64,000 bases of DNA from an uncultured Candidatus Peribacteria bacterium. GTDB taxonomy: Bacteria > Patescibacteriota > Gracilibacteria > Peribacterales > Peribacteraceae. Position 1 is the first letter of the stretch. Every line of letters starts with the position of its first letter. Made by a program: the position numbers and the translations under genes. The stretch lies in the NCBI GenBank assembly GCA_964433325.1, contig CAYSPY010000001.1, positions 228,961 to 292,960 on the forward strand, written 5' to 3'. Of the stretch, positions 34,671-43,661 are shown in pieces. Below the pieces are notes generated by a model. The model worked only from the letters and a program-made list of their open reading frames with translations. It did no database searches and was not told the DNA's origin.

Positions 34671-36254
34671 ATGCGTAAAACCGTCGTTGCCCTCGACTCT
34701 CTCAATGTGATCTTCTGGATCCTTTCGATCTTGCTGCTGGCAGTGATGATCGTTGTGCCGTTCCTGCAGATTGATAGAAGCTTCAATATTACCCCCAGCT
34801 TATCGCTCTCTGGCGTTGTCTCGACGTGGGATATGTCGCTGGTCTCAGCACTGATGAACTCTGTGGTGCTGTCGGTGATTGCGTCGCTGTTTGCAATTGT
34901 ATGTGGCGGACTCTTGGGACGATTCATTGATAAGCGACCACTGTGGCTATTTGCCTTAATGATTGCGGTCTACAGCGTGAACCCTGTTGCTCGTGCCCTT
35001 TCGTACTTTGACCTCTTTCAGGTCTACACACCTTTTTACGATTGGACAGTAGCACTACTGGGACGACGGTTTGCGACAACTATTTTCCTGCCAGCGTTGA
35101 TCCTCGGCATGCATTACCTGCCGATTTACTTAATGCGAAATTTATTCGTCCTGAAAAAGCGCAACACCGCGCATGATTTACCGCCATTGATGGAAACGAT
35201 CTTCGATAATATTCCGCTGTGGGTACGGGGCTTCCCTATTTCCTTCGCCCTCTTTTTCCTCCTCACATTCTTTGATTACTGGGTCATTCAAGTGATTAGC
35301 GGAAACACGGTGCTCTACTGGACGCCACTCTTTATTCAAAAAGGGTTCCAGGCACGTGCTGTCAGCGAAGCAGCATTGATGATTGATATCGGACTTGTTG
35401 CGACTCTCGCTGCTTACATTGTTGCATTGGTACTCAGTTGGCTACTTCGACATGTGATTCGAAAACTCAAGCCATTGTGGTTTGCTGGCATCACTGGTCG
35501 TTCGAAGATCGCAGATGCGATAGGCACATTTCTTGCGTGGTGCATGCTGATTTTTGCCAGCTGGCCACTGATTGGAACCATCATCAAATTACTCCTCTCC
35601 CTGAGCTCCGATGTCCCAGTGCGTCTTGTTACCGATACCGACCGTGGCATTTTTATGATGGTGGTGATGGGTGTTGGCATGGGCGTTGTCTCTGCAACGC
35701 TGGGGCTGATTTTATCGATTGTGTACCAAGAGCACCCAACGAGAAGTAAGTGGTGGTTGCCGTCCCTCTACTTTTTAGCACTTGTCCCCGAGGCTGCGTA
35801 TGTCCTCTTTAGCTTGTTCATGACTGGCGCTGGGTTCATTCATGCTAACCCTGTGTGGCTCTTCTTTTTAATGATGTCGTTTAGCGTGCCGATGAGCTTC
35901 TTTTTGTGGGATAGCCTGTGGGGTGATATCGAGCGACAGAAATTGTGGATGCTTGGTTCGGCCATGGGCAAGCAGCCGATTAAATCGTTAGGCCTTGCGA
36001 TTAAAGAATGGACAAAGCCATGGGCGATCGTGTTCGTTGTTATTTTTTGGCTGACGATCGATAACGTCTTTATTACCGACTTCGCCGCTGGGCCTAAGTG
36101 GAAAACACTGTCGGCGGTGATCTTTAACTCCACCAAGCGTGGGTTTTCGGAAGAAGAGTTTTATTCGAGTGTCCTTGGAACGCTGTGCTTACTTGCAGTA
36201 ATTGGCGTGACCTTTGTGATGACACGAAAGCCGCAATTGCAAGCCAAAGAGTAG
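34671..36254 (+). CDS. ABC transporter permease, fused two-module type
   Basis: About 12 hydrophobic helices. Two EAA-like loops (AVSEAALMIDIG and ERQKLWMLGSAMG). Confidence 0.65.
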   Translation: MRKTVVALDSLNVIFWILSILLLAVMIVVPFLQIDRSFNITPSLSLSGVVSTWDMSLVSALMNSVVLSVIASLFAIVCGGLLGRFIDKRPLWLFALMIAVYSVNPVARALSYFDLFQVYTPFYDWTVALLGRRFATTIFLPALILGMHYLPIYLMRNLFVLKKRNTAHDLPPLMETIFDNIPLWVRGFPISFALFFLLTFFDYWVIQVISGNTVLYWTPLFIQKGFQARAVSEAALMIDIGLVATLAAYIVALVLSWLLRHVIRKLKPLWFAGITGRSKIADAIGTFLAWCMLIFASWPLIGTIIKLLLSLSSDVPVRLVTDTDRGIFMMVVMGVGMGVVSATLGLILSIVYQEHPTRSKWWLPSLYFLALVPEAAYVLFSLFMTGAGFIHANPVWLFFLMMSFSVPMSFFLWDSLWGDIERQKLWMLGSAMGKQPIKSLGLAIKEWTKPWAIVFVVIFWLTIDNVFITDFAAGPKWKTLSAVIFNSTKRGFSEEEFYSSVLGTLCLLAVIGVTFVMTRKPQLQAKE

Positions 36255-36263
36255 AAAGGTACA

Positions 36264-37343
36264 ATGGTTTACTTTATGGCAAATCCTGCGCTTTCCCCGG
36301 TTATACTTGATTACGACACTCCTGCATTCACTTTGCATGAGCCAATTATCGATGAACTACTCAGAAGAGCCTTTAAATGTAAGTGCATCCAAGAAGAGGC
36401 TCGACAAAAAATTTTCACGGAAGCAGGCGTAGTATGCGCCGTCCCACAAGATAGAGATGCAGAATCTGTATCCAAAAGATTTTTTGGTTACGCGATTGGA
36501 GTTGTCCGTGATGAACAAGAAGCGGCTAAGCATAGAACGCGGCTGGATGAAATCGTGCAGCAACGACGCGTGTTACTTCAGGATGTTCTTGCTGTGCATT
36601 TCAGCATTATGGAAATGCAATCACTGCGATTCCAAACAGAGAATGATATTGCATATGAGGGATACCAAATTGGCATTGAAGAAGTGGAAGCCTATTGCCG
36701 TGACAACCAACTCCCTTCCATTCTCCCCAATCTTTTTCACCCTCGTTCCTTAGCAAATATTCTGAGAGATCAAGCATCTTACCCGAAATCGCCAGCAGTA
36801 AAGGGGTTACATAAAAAACTCGTGGGCTTGTTTTTGCATCAGCCAAAACATTTGCATGCAGTGATTAATAAAGAGAGTAGGGATCATTCGCATGCCCAGG
36901 TTGTTGAGCTCCTCGATGATGTTGCAAGCGATAGAGGACTCCCACTCGAAGATATTTTAATGGAAAATAGGATGACATGTGAAACATTCGTTATCGCGCT
37001 CTTTCACCTTAAAAGATACAGCGATGTCATTCGAGTCGCAGGGAAAGTCCCTGACTTCTTTCGAGAAACACCGTTTCTCGTCGAGAAATATCTACGTGCA
37101 ATTATTATCCAAAGAGACCTCAATGCGCTTGTGCAATTGCTGACAGATTATGCAGACCGCGTTCCTCTGCGTGAAGAACTTGTAGAAACTGCAGCGATTG
37201 ATGCATGTGTCGACCTTGGGTGGGAATTGTATGGCCTTGGCCGATACGATGAGCTTAACAACATGCTGAAATGCATCAGTTACCGAAGACAAGACAATGA
37301 GGAACTACACACACTGCTTGAAACACTAGAAACGGGGGAATAA
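36264..37343 (+). CDS. Hypothetical helical protein
   Basis: GAAAGG SD upstream of ATG 36264; 359-aa ORF; no recognisable motif. Confidence 0.55.
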   Translation: MVYFMANPALSPVILDYDTPAFTLHEPIIDELLRRAFKCKCIQEEARQKIFTEAGVVCAVPQDRDAESVSKRFFGYAIGVVRDEQEAAKHRTRLDEIVQQRRVLLQDVLAVHFSIMEMQSLRFQTENDIAYEGYQIGIEEVEAYCRDNQLPSILPNLFHPRSLANILRDQASYPKSPAVKGLHKKLVGLFLHQPKHLHAVINKESRDHSHAQVVELLDDVASDRGLPLEDILMENRMTCETFVIALFHLKRYSDVIRVAGKVPDFFRETPFLVEKYLRAIIIQRDLNALVQLLTDYADRVPLREELVETAAIDACVDLGWELYGLGRYDELNNMLKCISYRRQDNEELHTLLETLETGE

Positions 37344-37347
37344 TCGC

Positions 37348-37806
37348 CTAGCACATCGCTATGTATTCTCCGTATCCCTCTTTCTCTAAATCTTCTTTGA
37401 GGATAAAACGGAGCGACGCACTGTTAATACAATAACGGAGTCCCCCTTTGTCTTGTGGCCCATCGGGGAAGACATGACCCAGGTGAGAATCCGCATTTTT
37501 ACTTCGCACTTCAACACGCGGCAAAAATAAACTGAGGTCACTGCGCTGTACGACAAGTTCTGGGTCAACAGGCTTGGTAAAACTCGGCCAGCCAGTACCA
37601 GAATCGAATTTGTCGGCGGAGCTAAAGAGCGGCTCGCCAGAGACGCGATCGACATAGAGCCCATCACGATGTTCATTCCAATACGCATTCTGGAATGGCG
37701 GCTCTGTGCCACAAGCTTGCGTCACATCGAACTCTTCTGGATTGAGCATCTCTTTAAGTTTTTGATGCTCGGGCTTTGTAAATTGTGTCCAATCGTGTGT
37801 GCTCAT
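37348..37806 (-). CDS. msrB: Peptide-methionine (R)-S-oxide reductase
   Basis: GTGWPSF and RYCINS catalytic-Cys motifs; 152 aa. Confidence 0.9.
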   Translation of the reverse strand: MSTHDWTQFTKPEHQKLKEMLNPEEFDVTQACGTEPPFQNAYWNEHRDGLYVDRVSGEPLFSSADKFDSGTGWPSFTKPVDPELVVQRSDLSLFLPRVEVRSKNADSHLGHVFPDGPQDKGGLRYCINSASLRFILKEDLEKEGYGEYIAMC

Positions 37807-37812
37807 ACCCCT

Positions 37813-37818
37813 ATTTTA
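37813..37818 (-). promoter_or_regulatory. -10 box TAAAAT 6 nt upstream of the msrB ATG (leaderless geometry)
   Basis: Minus strand reads tcTAAAATaggggtATG. Confidence 0.4.
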
Positions 37819-37842
37819 GAGCACGGCAAAAATACATGCACG

Positions 37843-37879
37843 AAAAATGGATCCGACAGCTGCAATGAGCTTCGGATCC
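37843..37879 (-). terminator. Rho-independent terminator after the small-membrane-protein operon
   Basis: GGATCCGA/TCGGATCC stem, followed on the minus strand by ATTTTTCG. Confidence 0.6.
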
Positions 37880-37917
37880 TTGAGCGATTTACCAATGCCG
37901 CAAGCAACTGCTTGGGG

Positions 37918-38049
37918 CTAGATACCAAGGGCAAGACAAGTGGCGAATGCACATGCAGCGATTGCAAATCCCAGATTACCGGTCCACACGAAGGTGAATA
38001 CCGTCACGACCAGAATAGCAATGGACCATCCAATGATCTTGATCTTCAT
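37918..38049 (-). CDS. Small membrane protein, 43 aa
   Basis: Hand-translated: MKIKIIGWSIAILVVTVFTFVWTGNLGFAIAACAFATCLALGI, stop TAG. AGGAGA lies 5 nt upstream of the ATG and overlaps the stop of the preceding ORF. Below the ORF-track cut-off. Confidence 0.5.
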   Translation of the reverse strand: MKIKIIGWSIAILVVTVFTFVWTGNLGFAIAACAFATCLALGI

Positions 38050-38057
38050 GATGTCTC

Positions 38058-38306
38058 CTAGAACAACAAGGGTAGTAACGGCGCTGCAGCCCCGGACACG
38101 AGGCCGACTCCTACGCCGTACTCAGACTTCCAAATGCGTGGCAACCGACGCAGCACGAACAGCAGACCGAGGGTCACCGTGATCGTCCCCAAGCGACAGA
38201 AGCATTCCTCCTGATGAAAGATGTTCAAAAATTCCAACAGGAAGAGCGAACTCACAAATGCACCAAGGACAACGCCGAATGCAGTGTTCTCGTAACTATT
38301 ATGCAT
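38058..38306 (-). CDS. Small membrane protein, 82 aa
   Basis: Internal ATG 38306 (MHNSYENTAFGVVLGAFVSSLFLLEF...), 10 nt after the stop of the upstream ORF. Hydrophobic. Confidence 0.45.
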   Translation of the reverse strand: MHNSYENTAFGVVLGAFVSSLFLLEFLNIFHQEECFCRLGTITVTLGLLFVLRRLPRIWKSEYGVGVGLVSGAAAPLLPLLF

Positions 38307-38316
38307 GTGAATTCTT

Positions 38317-38589
38317 TCAAAAACACATACACCAGAGCTGTGCCGCCAATCCTGCAAGCAAGAAGGGGGCAATAACGCCAGCAGATGCGATGCCCATGCG
38401 GGCAACAACATTCACCTGCGCATGACTGGCGACGTAAAACGCAGCCACAACTGCGAACACAACTCCCATCAGAAAGATGTCGATGCACTTTGCATCGCCA
38501 GAACAGAGCATGGCCACCAGCAGAACTCCCCCCGTTGCAATGGATGCGACGAGAATTTCTTTACTTGTTCGACAGAGCTTCATTTCCAT
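38317..38589 (-). CDS. Small membrane protein, 90 aa
   Basis: First ATG at 38589, preceded by AAGGAA at 8 nt. Three hydrophobic segments. Confidence 0.5.
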   Translation of the reverse strand: MEMKLCRTSKEILVASIATGGVLLVAMLCSGDAKCIDIFLMGVVFAVVAAFYVASHAQVNVVARMGIASAGVIAPFLLAGLAAQLWCMCF

Positions 38590-38617
38590 GTGCAAGATTC
38601 CTTATGTGTGAACATTG

Positions 38618-38818
38618 TTAACGAACGCTGGAACGAACCTGCTTTGCATTACTCCATGCAAGAAGCAGGATAAACAATTCATACCCCAGAATCAGCGGGA
38701 ACACACAACTATACACAGAGCGCACGCAATGCCACTCCGATTCTGACCACCCACAGAGCGAATAACCAAGACCGATATTCGCGACGGCAATGATCGCCAG
38801 AGTGATCCACATCTTCAT
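38618..38818 (-). CDS. Small membrane protein, 66 aa
   Basis: ATG preceded by AAAGGAG at 7 nt. Two hydrophobic segments. Confidence 0.5.
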   Translation of the reverse strand: MKMWITLAIIAVANIGLGYSLCGWSESEWHCVRSVYSCVFPLILGYELFILLLAWSNAKQVRSSVR

Positions 38819-38855
38819 CTTTGTACTCCTTTAAGCCATTGATTTGAAAAAACGA

Positions 38856-38885
38856 CCCGCGACGCGCGGGGCGTCGGGGGTTTTT
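38856..38885. terminator. GC-rich hairpin with T/A runs on both sides (bidirectional terminator)
   Basis: CCCGCGACGC-GCGGG-GCGTCGGGGG with one mismatch. TTTTT follows on the plus strand and TCGTTTTTTC on the minus strand (ends the YdjC-like gene). Confidence 0.6.
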
Positions 38886-38976
38886 GGTAAACCGCTTCCG
38901 GCCTTTTAGCAGGTCGACTGCCAGATTTCAAGGGACTAAGAGCAAGGTTTGGAATATTTCCAAAAGCACAAAAATG

Positions 38977-39813
38977 CTAGAGATCCGCCCATGTGATCAG
39001 TTCTATTTTCTTTTCTTCAAGCATTGTGGGAATCGTTTCATCCAAGAGCATTCGCAATTCTGTTTGGCGCTGAGGGTCGAGGTCAAACGCCGTACCATAC
39101 GCTGTCTGGCTACCGGGGTGGACACGCAACTCTGTTGTCCCCTCGCCCAAGCGCGAGAGTGTGTGACGGAGATTTTTGACGGATGAATTCCCAAAAAGTG
39201 TTGCCCCGCGGAAGTGATCTGTTGATTGAATATCGTGTGCCCGGTATCTCTCACGTGCGGCAAGAGCGAGTTCGTTCATTGCTCTCACTGCGGTGAGCTC
39301 TGCATCGGTAACTTCGTATCCATGTGGTGGGAGCGGGAGTTCACACGGGATACGCGTGAAGCGAATGCCATATCGCTCCATGATAGGAATGAGTGTTTCG
39401 ATGACAGCAGGAAACACATTCACACTCATATGGCCATTCACATGGGTAGGTTGTCCGTAGACATCGAACATCCATTCCACTTGAGCTCGAATCTCCCGTT
39501 CCAAGTGTTCAGATTTAATAGCCCCTTCATCGAGTAACTGACGAAGTCTGGGGGCTTCGAAGAAACAGCCATTGCCATCAATGAGTGTGGGAATGTCATC
39601 GCGCTTAGAGAGGGGATACTCATCTGTCAGGTTTAAATGCAGACCTGCACTAATCCCCTTTTCCCGCGCTCTTTTTACCGCATCCTCTGAATCTGTCATA
39701 GTCGCAAAAGCCGATACAGAGCGTACAATGCCAAATTCGACGCACTGCAAGATTCCATGTGACCGCTGAGGGTTTACCCCTAGGTCATCGGCGTTGATAA
39801 TCAGACGAAACAT
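38977..39813 (-). CDS. YdjC/ChbG-family carbohydrate deacetylase
   Basis: N-terminal MFRLIINADDLGV; HLNL, HMSVNVF and RVHPG histidine motifs typical of the YdjC family. Confidence 0.75.
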   Translation of the reverse strand: MFRLIINADDLGVNPQRSHGILQCVEFGIVRSVSAFATMTDSEDAVKRAREKGISAGLHLNLTDEYPLSKRDDIPTLIDGNGCFFEAPRLRQLLDEGAIKSEHLEREIRAQVEWMFDVYGQPTHVNGHMSVNVFPAVIETLIPIMERYGIRFTRIPCELPLPPHGYEVTDAELTAVRAMNELALAARERYRAHDIQSTDHFRGATLFGNSSVKNLRHTLSRLGEGTTELRVHPGSQTAYGTAFDLDPQRQTELRMLLDETIPTMLEEKKIELITWADL

Positions 39814-39834
39814 ATGCAGAGTATGCCAGTGAAT

Positions 39835-40602
39835 ATGCTTCTACGCCCCCTCATTATTGCCTGTGACGACGCTGGCTTTGCCAGTACCGATCGCGGAATC
39901 CGCACATTAGTAGAACAAACTGGTGTGCCAGTATCCGCAGAGTATTTAATTGAACAAGAAGGCGCAGTAGCTAGGGCCAAGGCAATTGCCACGCTCGGGC
40001 TTGTCTCACGCGGGCTCCACTTTGAACTCTTCAATATCTCCGATGCCGATCGTGTCGCACTCACAAAAGAATTAGAAGGACGAGGGACATCCCTTGGGGA
40101 GCAGTCATACATTCGCCAACAAGCAGAAATAGATGCACGCAGGCAGCTGCATATCTTCCAGCAAGAGCTGGGGGTACAACCTATGCATATCAGTACACAT
40201 GGAAACTTTAACCTGGATGCGCACGGTGAAGTGATGCAGTGGTGGAATGATTTAATGAACGAACTCTTCGATGGTAATCCCCCACCGATGCAATTGGATT
40301 TACCCCATGTCCGGCACAACTTGTATTCGTGGAATACAAATGCAATGAGGCGCGACCCCCGCTCACCAGAAGAATTTGCGCAGGAGCTACGAGCTGCCCC
40401 TGGCCATGGGCCAGTGGAATTTGTGTTACACCCAGCGCTACCACAAGAAGAAGATGCATCACTCAATATGCTCTTTGATGCACAGATGCGTATCGCAGAC
40501 TTGGAATCTGCGATCAACATTATTCGCTCGGGTGTGATCGAACGTGCAGGGTTTGAGATTGTGCCTGTGACAGGGCTACAGCAGATGGCGAAGGCTGCGT
40601 AG
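39835..40602 (+). CDS. YdjC-like protein (divergent paralogue)
   Basis: MLLRPLIIACDDAGF parallels the MFRLIINADDLGV start of the neighbour; HISTHGNFN and VLHPA motifs. ATG 39835 preferred over 39814. Confidence 0.6.
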   Translation: MLLRPLIIACDDAGFASTDRGIRTLVEQTGVPVSAEYLIEQEGAVARAKAIATLGLVSRGLHFELFNISDADRVALTKELEGRGTSLGEQSYIRQQAEIDARRQLHIFQQELGVQPMHISTHGNFNLDAHGEVMQWWNDLMNELFDGNPPPMQLDLPHVRHNLYSWNTNAMRRDPRSPEEFAQELRAAPGHGPVEFVLHPALPQEEDASLNMLFDAQMRIADLESAINIIRSGVIERAGFEIVPVTGLQQMAKAA

Positions 40603-41715
40603 TTACGCAACGATCTGCCCATTAAGTGCTTCTACCACGATCTCGAAGATGCGCTGCTTATCCAGCAATGGACCGCTGCCATTTGGGTAACGGGGCGCAC
40701 CCATAATGACATCACCACCACCCCACCTCGCATTGAGCATTACTGCGTCTGTTATGCCACGCTCAGATTTAACAAGAGACTCTGCTGCATTCAACGCTTC
40801 ACTGACCTTAGAGAGCTTGAAGTCATTCACAAAACCAGAGAGCTTGATGGTCCACTTTGCTTTTCCATCGTGGAAGATCACGCATGCACAATCTTTATCA
40901 TTGTGATGATTAAGAACGGTGAGCTCCACTTCATAAATACCTGAGTCCGGAGCCTGTATAAAATGGACCTTCTGCCCATTCGTAAGTTCACGCTTTTCTT
41001 CCATTTGAAACGAAACAGGCATATCACTTGAGTCACGGAAGAGTGCATACTGGTCGATTCTACGAAGAGATTCTTCGGTAAAATCAATAAAGTCTGTTGT
41101 ACCCCAGCGACCGCGAGCTTTAATTTCCCGCTCTTCTTTCATCAGCCAATCGAGACGCTTGCGTGTATCGGAAATAAGATCGGCTGGTAGGCCGAGTAGT
41201 TCTTCATATCCTTTTCCGTAACCATCGATGTTTCCTTCGACCAGCATGAGCGGCTGAATACGACGGAATACCCTGTCATCATGTGCGATGAGATCCGCAT
41301 TTAAGAGCGCCCATCCTCCCCCGACCGTATCAAGATCTGGGTCATTGCCGACGATTGTAAAGCCACGCTCTGGAATAACACGCGTACGGGCAAGGTTCAT
41401 TCCTTGTACACAGGTAGAATCAGTAATTTGTCGAATGCACTCTTCGTGATGATCGAGAGAAAAGATGCCACGCATACTGTCATAGAACGGGCCACGTGCG
41501 GCCCCATCTAAGTAGGCAACATTATGTGGGTGAGCTACCGCTTCCAGCTCGCTCCTGCTTTTAGCCAATCCCGGAATAATAATCATGCGATTACCATCAG
41601 CAACAAGATCTCTGCGAAAAATAGCTTTGTGCTTCGCCCCTGCAAATTCGCGAACTTCGACGTTGTAGCGGTCTGGTGAAAATGATGGCATAGATCTATT
41701 TCTACTCTTTGCCAT
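40603..41715 (-). CDS. Hypothetical protein with DHH-like motifs
   Basis: 370-aa ORF. Contains SLDHHE, GNDPDLDTVGGG and WGGGDV, reminiscent of DHH/DHHA1 phosphoesterases; unverified. Confidence 0.6.
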   Translation of the reverse strand: MAKSRNRSMPSFSPDRYNVEVREFAGAKHKAIFRRDLVADGNRMIIIPGLAKSRSELEAVAHPHNVAYLDGAARGPFYDSMRGIFSLDHHEECIRQITDSTCVQGMNLARTRVIPERGFTIVGNDPDLDTVGGGWALLNADLIAHDDRVFRRIQPLMLVEGNIDGYGKGYEELLGLPADLISDTRKRLDWLMKEEREIKARGRWGTTDFIDFTEESLRRIDQYALFRDSSDMPVSFQMEEKRELTNGQKVHFIQAPDSGIYEVELTVLNHHNDKDCACVIFHDGKAKWTIKLSGFVNDFKLSKVSEALNAAESLVKSERGITDAVMLNARWGGGDVIMGAPRYPNGSGPLLDKQRIFEIVVEALNGQIVA

Positions 41716-41771
41716 TTAACAGTCAATAAGATGTATGGTGGCCAAGATCACCACGTATGCACATGCCCATT

Positions 41772-43535
41772 TTAAGCCATACTCTGGGCAACTCCCGGAA
41801 TATTGAGTGACCGGATGTACTTACGCAATCTGCCATACATTAGAGTTTTAGACTCCCTATCTAAGTGTTGCTCTGCATAGCGATTCAGCTGCTGCTCCAT
41901 AACCATTAACCGACTTTTCATTTCTTCGTACGGTGCTACGAGTTCGGGGACGGTGTGGCCAGGGAGCATCTGATATGCCGTAAAGAGCAAGCGCAACTTC
42001 GCAATTTCATCACGCACATGTTCGACAGAAATATGCGGATTAATAATTTCATGTGCAATGCGCTGGAAAACAGTTTCAATTTCTTGGAACTTTCCAATCA
42101 CGTGCATGCGCAAAAATGCTTCTTCGGTTTTGTGACTATCACGCATAAGTAGTGCATCTTGCAAACGTCCTTCCTGTTGCGCCAACAATACACTGAACTG
42201 GCGGAAAGGGCTTAGCTGCACACGGTCAAGCAATGCAAAATCCACATGTGTGACACGACGGAACCCCGCAGCAGATGCTTCTAGTGCAGAGGGAGACAGT
42301 GGGGCATCACCGAATAGTTGTTCAAATGCATGCATCTTGCTTGGGGCCTCTGCCACTGCACTACGAAATGAACGCATCCTCTCTTCGTCCCTTCGGATAG
42401 CACGTTCGATTGCATACGCATCAGACTGGTTAAATCCTCCCTTGCCCATCATTTCGGTAAGTCGCGATTGCAATCGTCGAATTGCCCCGACTGTTTTAGC
42501 CATCACCACACTCACATTTTCGCGACCACGGGTATCTTTTAATAATGCGGCGGCTTCTAACATCCCCTGGGCCTCTACTTTGTATATATTCTCACACGAC
42601 CCAAGTGCATCGGCCGCACCTGCCAATAATTGCTGTGCTTCGGACCGGAGACCATCGCGTGCTGCAGGCCTTTTCCACTCAACATCGAGTCGTCTATTGA
42701 ACGCATCGAGCTGCTGCTCGAGGCTTGCAAGCATCGTCACCTCTGCATCGTACTCATGTTCTTCGTGTGTTGTTTTACGATCCGCTGCAAATGCCGAATC
42801 GAATACTTGTACCGTACGTTGCTGGAATGGGTTCGTGTCTCCACTCACTCGTCCACGGAAGTAGAGGATATGGCCAAGTACTGACTGATCGACAGGTTGT
42901 TCGTTTTCGTAGCGACTTGCTACAGCATCACTTGGTTCATGCACGACAAATACACGTTGATGCCCGCGCTGCACAGAATGAGCACTCTCAAATACTTCTT
43001 TGAGCCTATTAATACATTCAAGTTGACGAAGACGGATACGTGCAAGTGGATCGCCTTTTGTTTCGCTGTCATCAACAAGGTGAAGGGATTCTGCAATTGT
43101 GCCCGTAATACGATCCGGACTTACCAGACATCCTTGGAGTGACAGTGTATGAACATTGATACCGCGGAAGCTAACCCCTCCCCGATCGTCGATGCTATAC
43201 GGTGGAACAATTAACTGATGGGAATAACAGAATGCTTCTTGGAATCGCTTGAAACGACAGTTGGGTAACGCAGTCCACACAGCATCACGAATCTTTTGCT
43301 CAGGGATATCACGCAATCGGACAAAATCCTGATTCCATTGTTCGATACCATAATCTTCGCGCTGTGGCTGGGTAGATGCGAAATCTTCAATTTCTTGTCG
43401 CGCCCCTAACAGAGCTTGAATGCGCCCCTCTTGCTTCGGATTCAACTCCGTTGGATCTTTAAAATACCCTGCACGCTTAAGTGCCTGTTCGTTAGACTCT
43501 CGAAGATCGTCGAAGGAGGGAACATTGAGCGCCAT
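41772..43535 (-). CDS. Hypothetical 587-aa protein
   Basis: GAGGA SD 5 nt upstream of the ATG; long ORF; helical C-terminal half; no recognisable motif. Confidence 0.65.
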   Translation of the reverse strand: MALNVPSFDDLRESNEQALKRAGYFKDPTELNPKQEGRIQALLGARQEIEDFASTQPQREDYGIEQWNQDFVRLRDIPEQKIRDAVWTALPNCRFKRFQEAFCYSHQLIVPPYSIDDRGGVSFRGINVHTLSLQGCLVSPDRITGTIAESLHLVDDSETKGDPLARIRLRQLECINRLKEVFESAHSVQRGHQRVFVVHEPSDAVASRYENEQPVDQSVLGHILYFRGRVSGDTNPFQQRTVQVFDSAFAADRKTTHEEHEYDAEVTMLASLEQQLDAFNRRLDVEWKRPAARDGLRSEAQQLLAGAADALGSCENIYKVEAQGMLEAAALLKDTRGRENVSVVMAKTVGAIRRLQSRLTEMMGKGGFNQSDAYAIERAIRRDEERMRSFRSAVAEAPSKMHAFEQLFGDAPLSPSALEASAAGFRRVTHVDFALLDRVQLSPFRQFSVLLAQQEGRLQDALLMRDSHKTEEAFLRMHVIGKFQEIETVFQRIAHEIINPHISVEHVRDEIAKLRLLFTAYQMLPGHTVPELVAPYEEMKSRLMVMEQQLNRYAEQHLDRESKTLMYGRLRKYIRSLNIPGVAQSMA

Positions 43536-43661
43536 AGATCCTCATTCTCGCATGTTTTTATGCGATGACAAGAAAATTCTACAATAGACGCGTGGATGGA
43601 TGCTTTCTGAAAAAAACTGGGAATGTTGTTACGAATCACCTAGTCGTTCGTATACAGTTGC

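Noticed and set aside
39801-40622. 273-aa ORF on the minus strand covering the whole plus-strand YdjC-like gene
   Set aside because: Its composition is dominated by Ser, Cys, Arg, Ala and Pro with no domain-like motif, which is typical of the antisense frame of a real gene. The plus-strand frame shows YdjC-family motifs.
42250-42864. 204-aa plus-strand ORF inside the 587-aa hypothetical gene
   Set aside because: Ser/Ala/Arg/Cys-rich antisense-type composition. The minus-strand frame is longer, has an SD, and has balanced composition.
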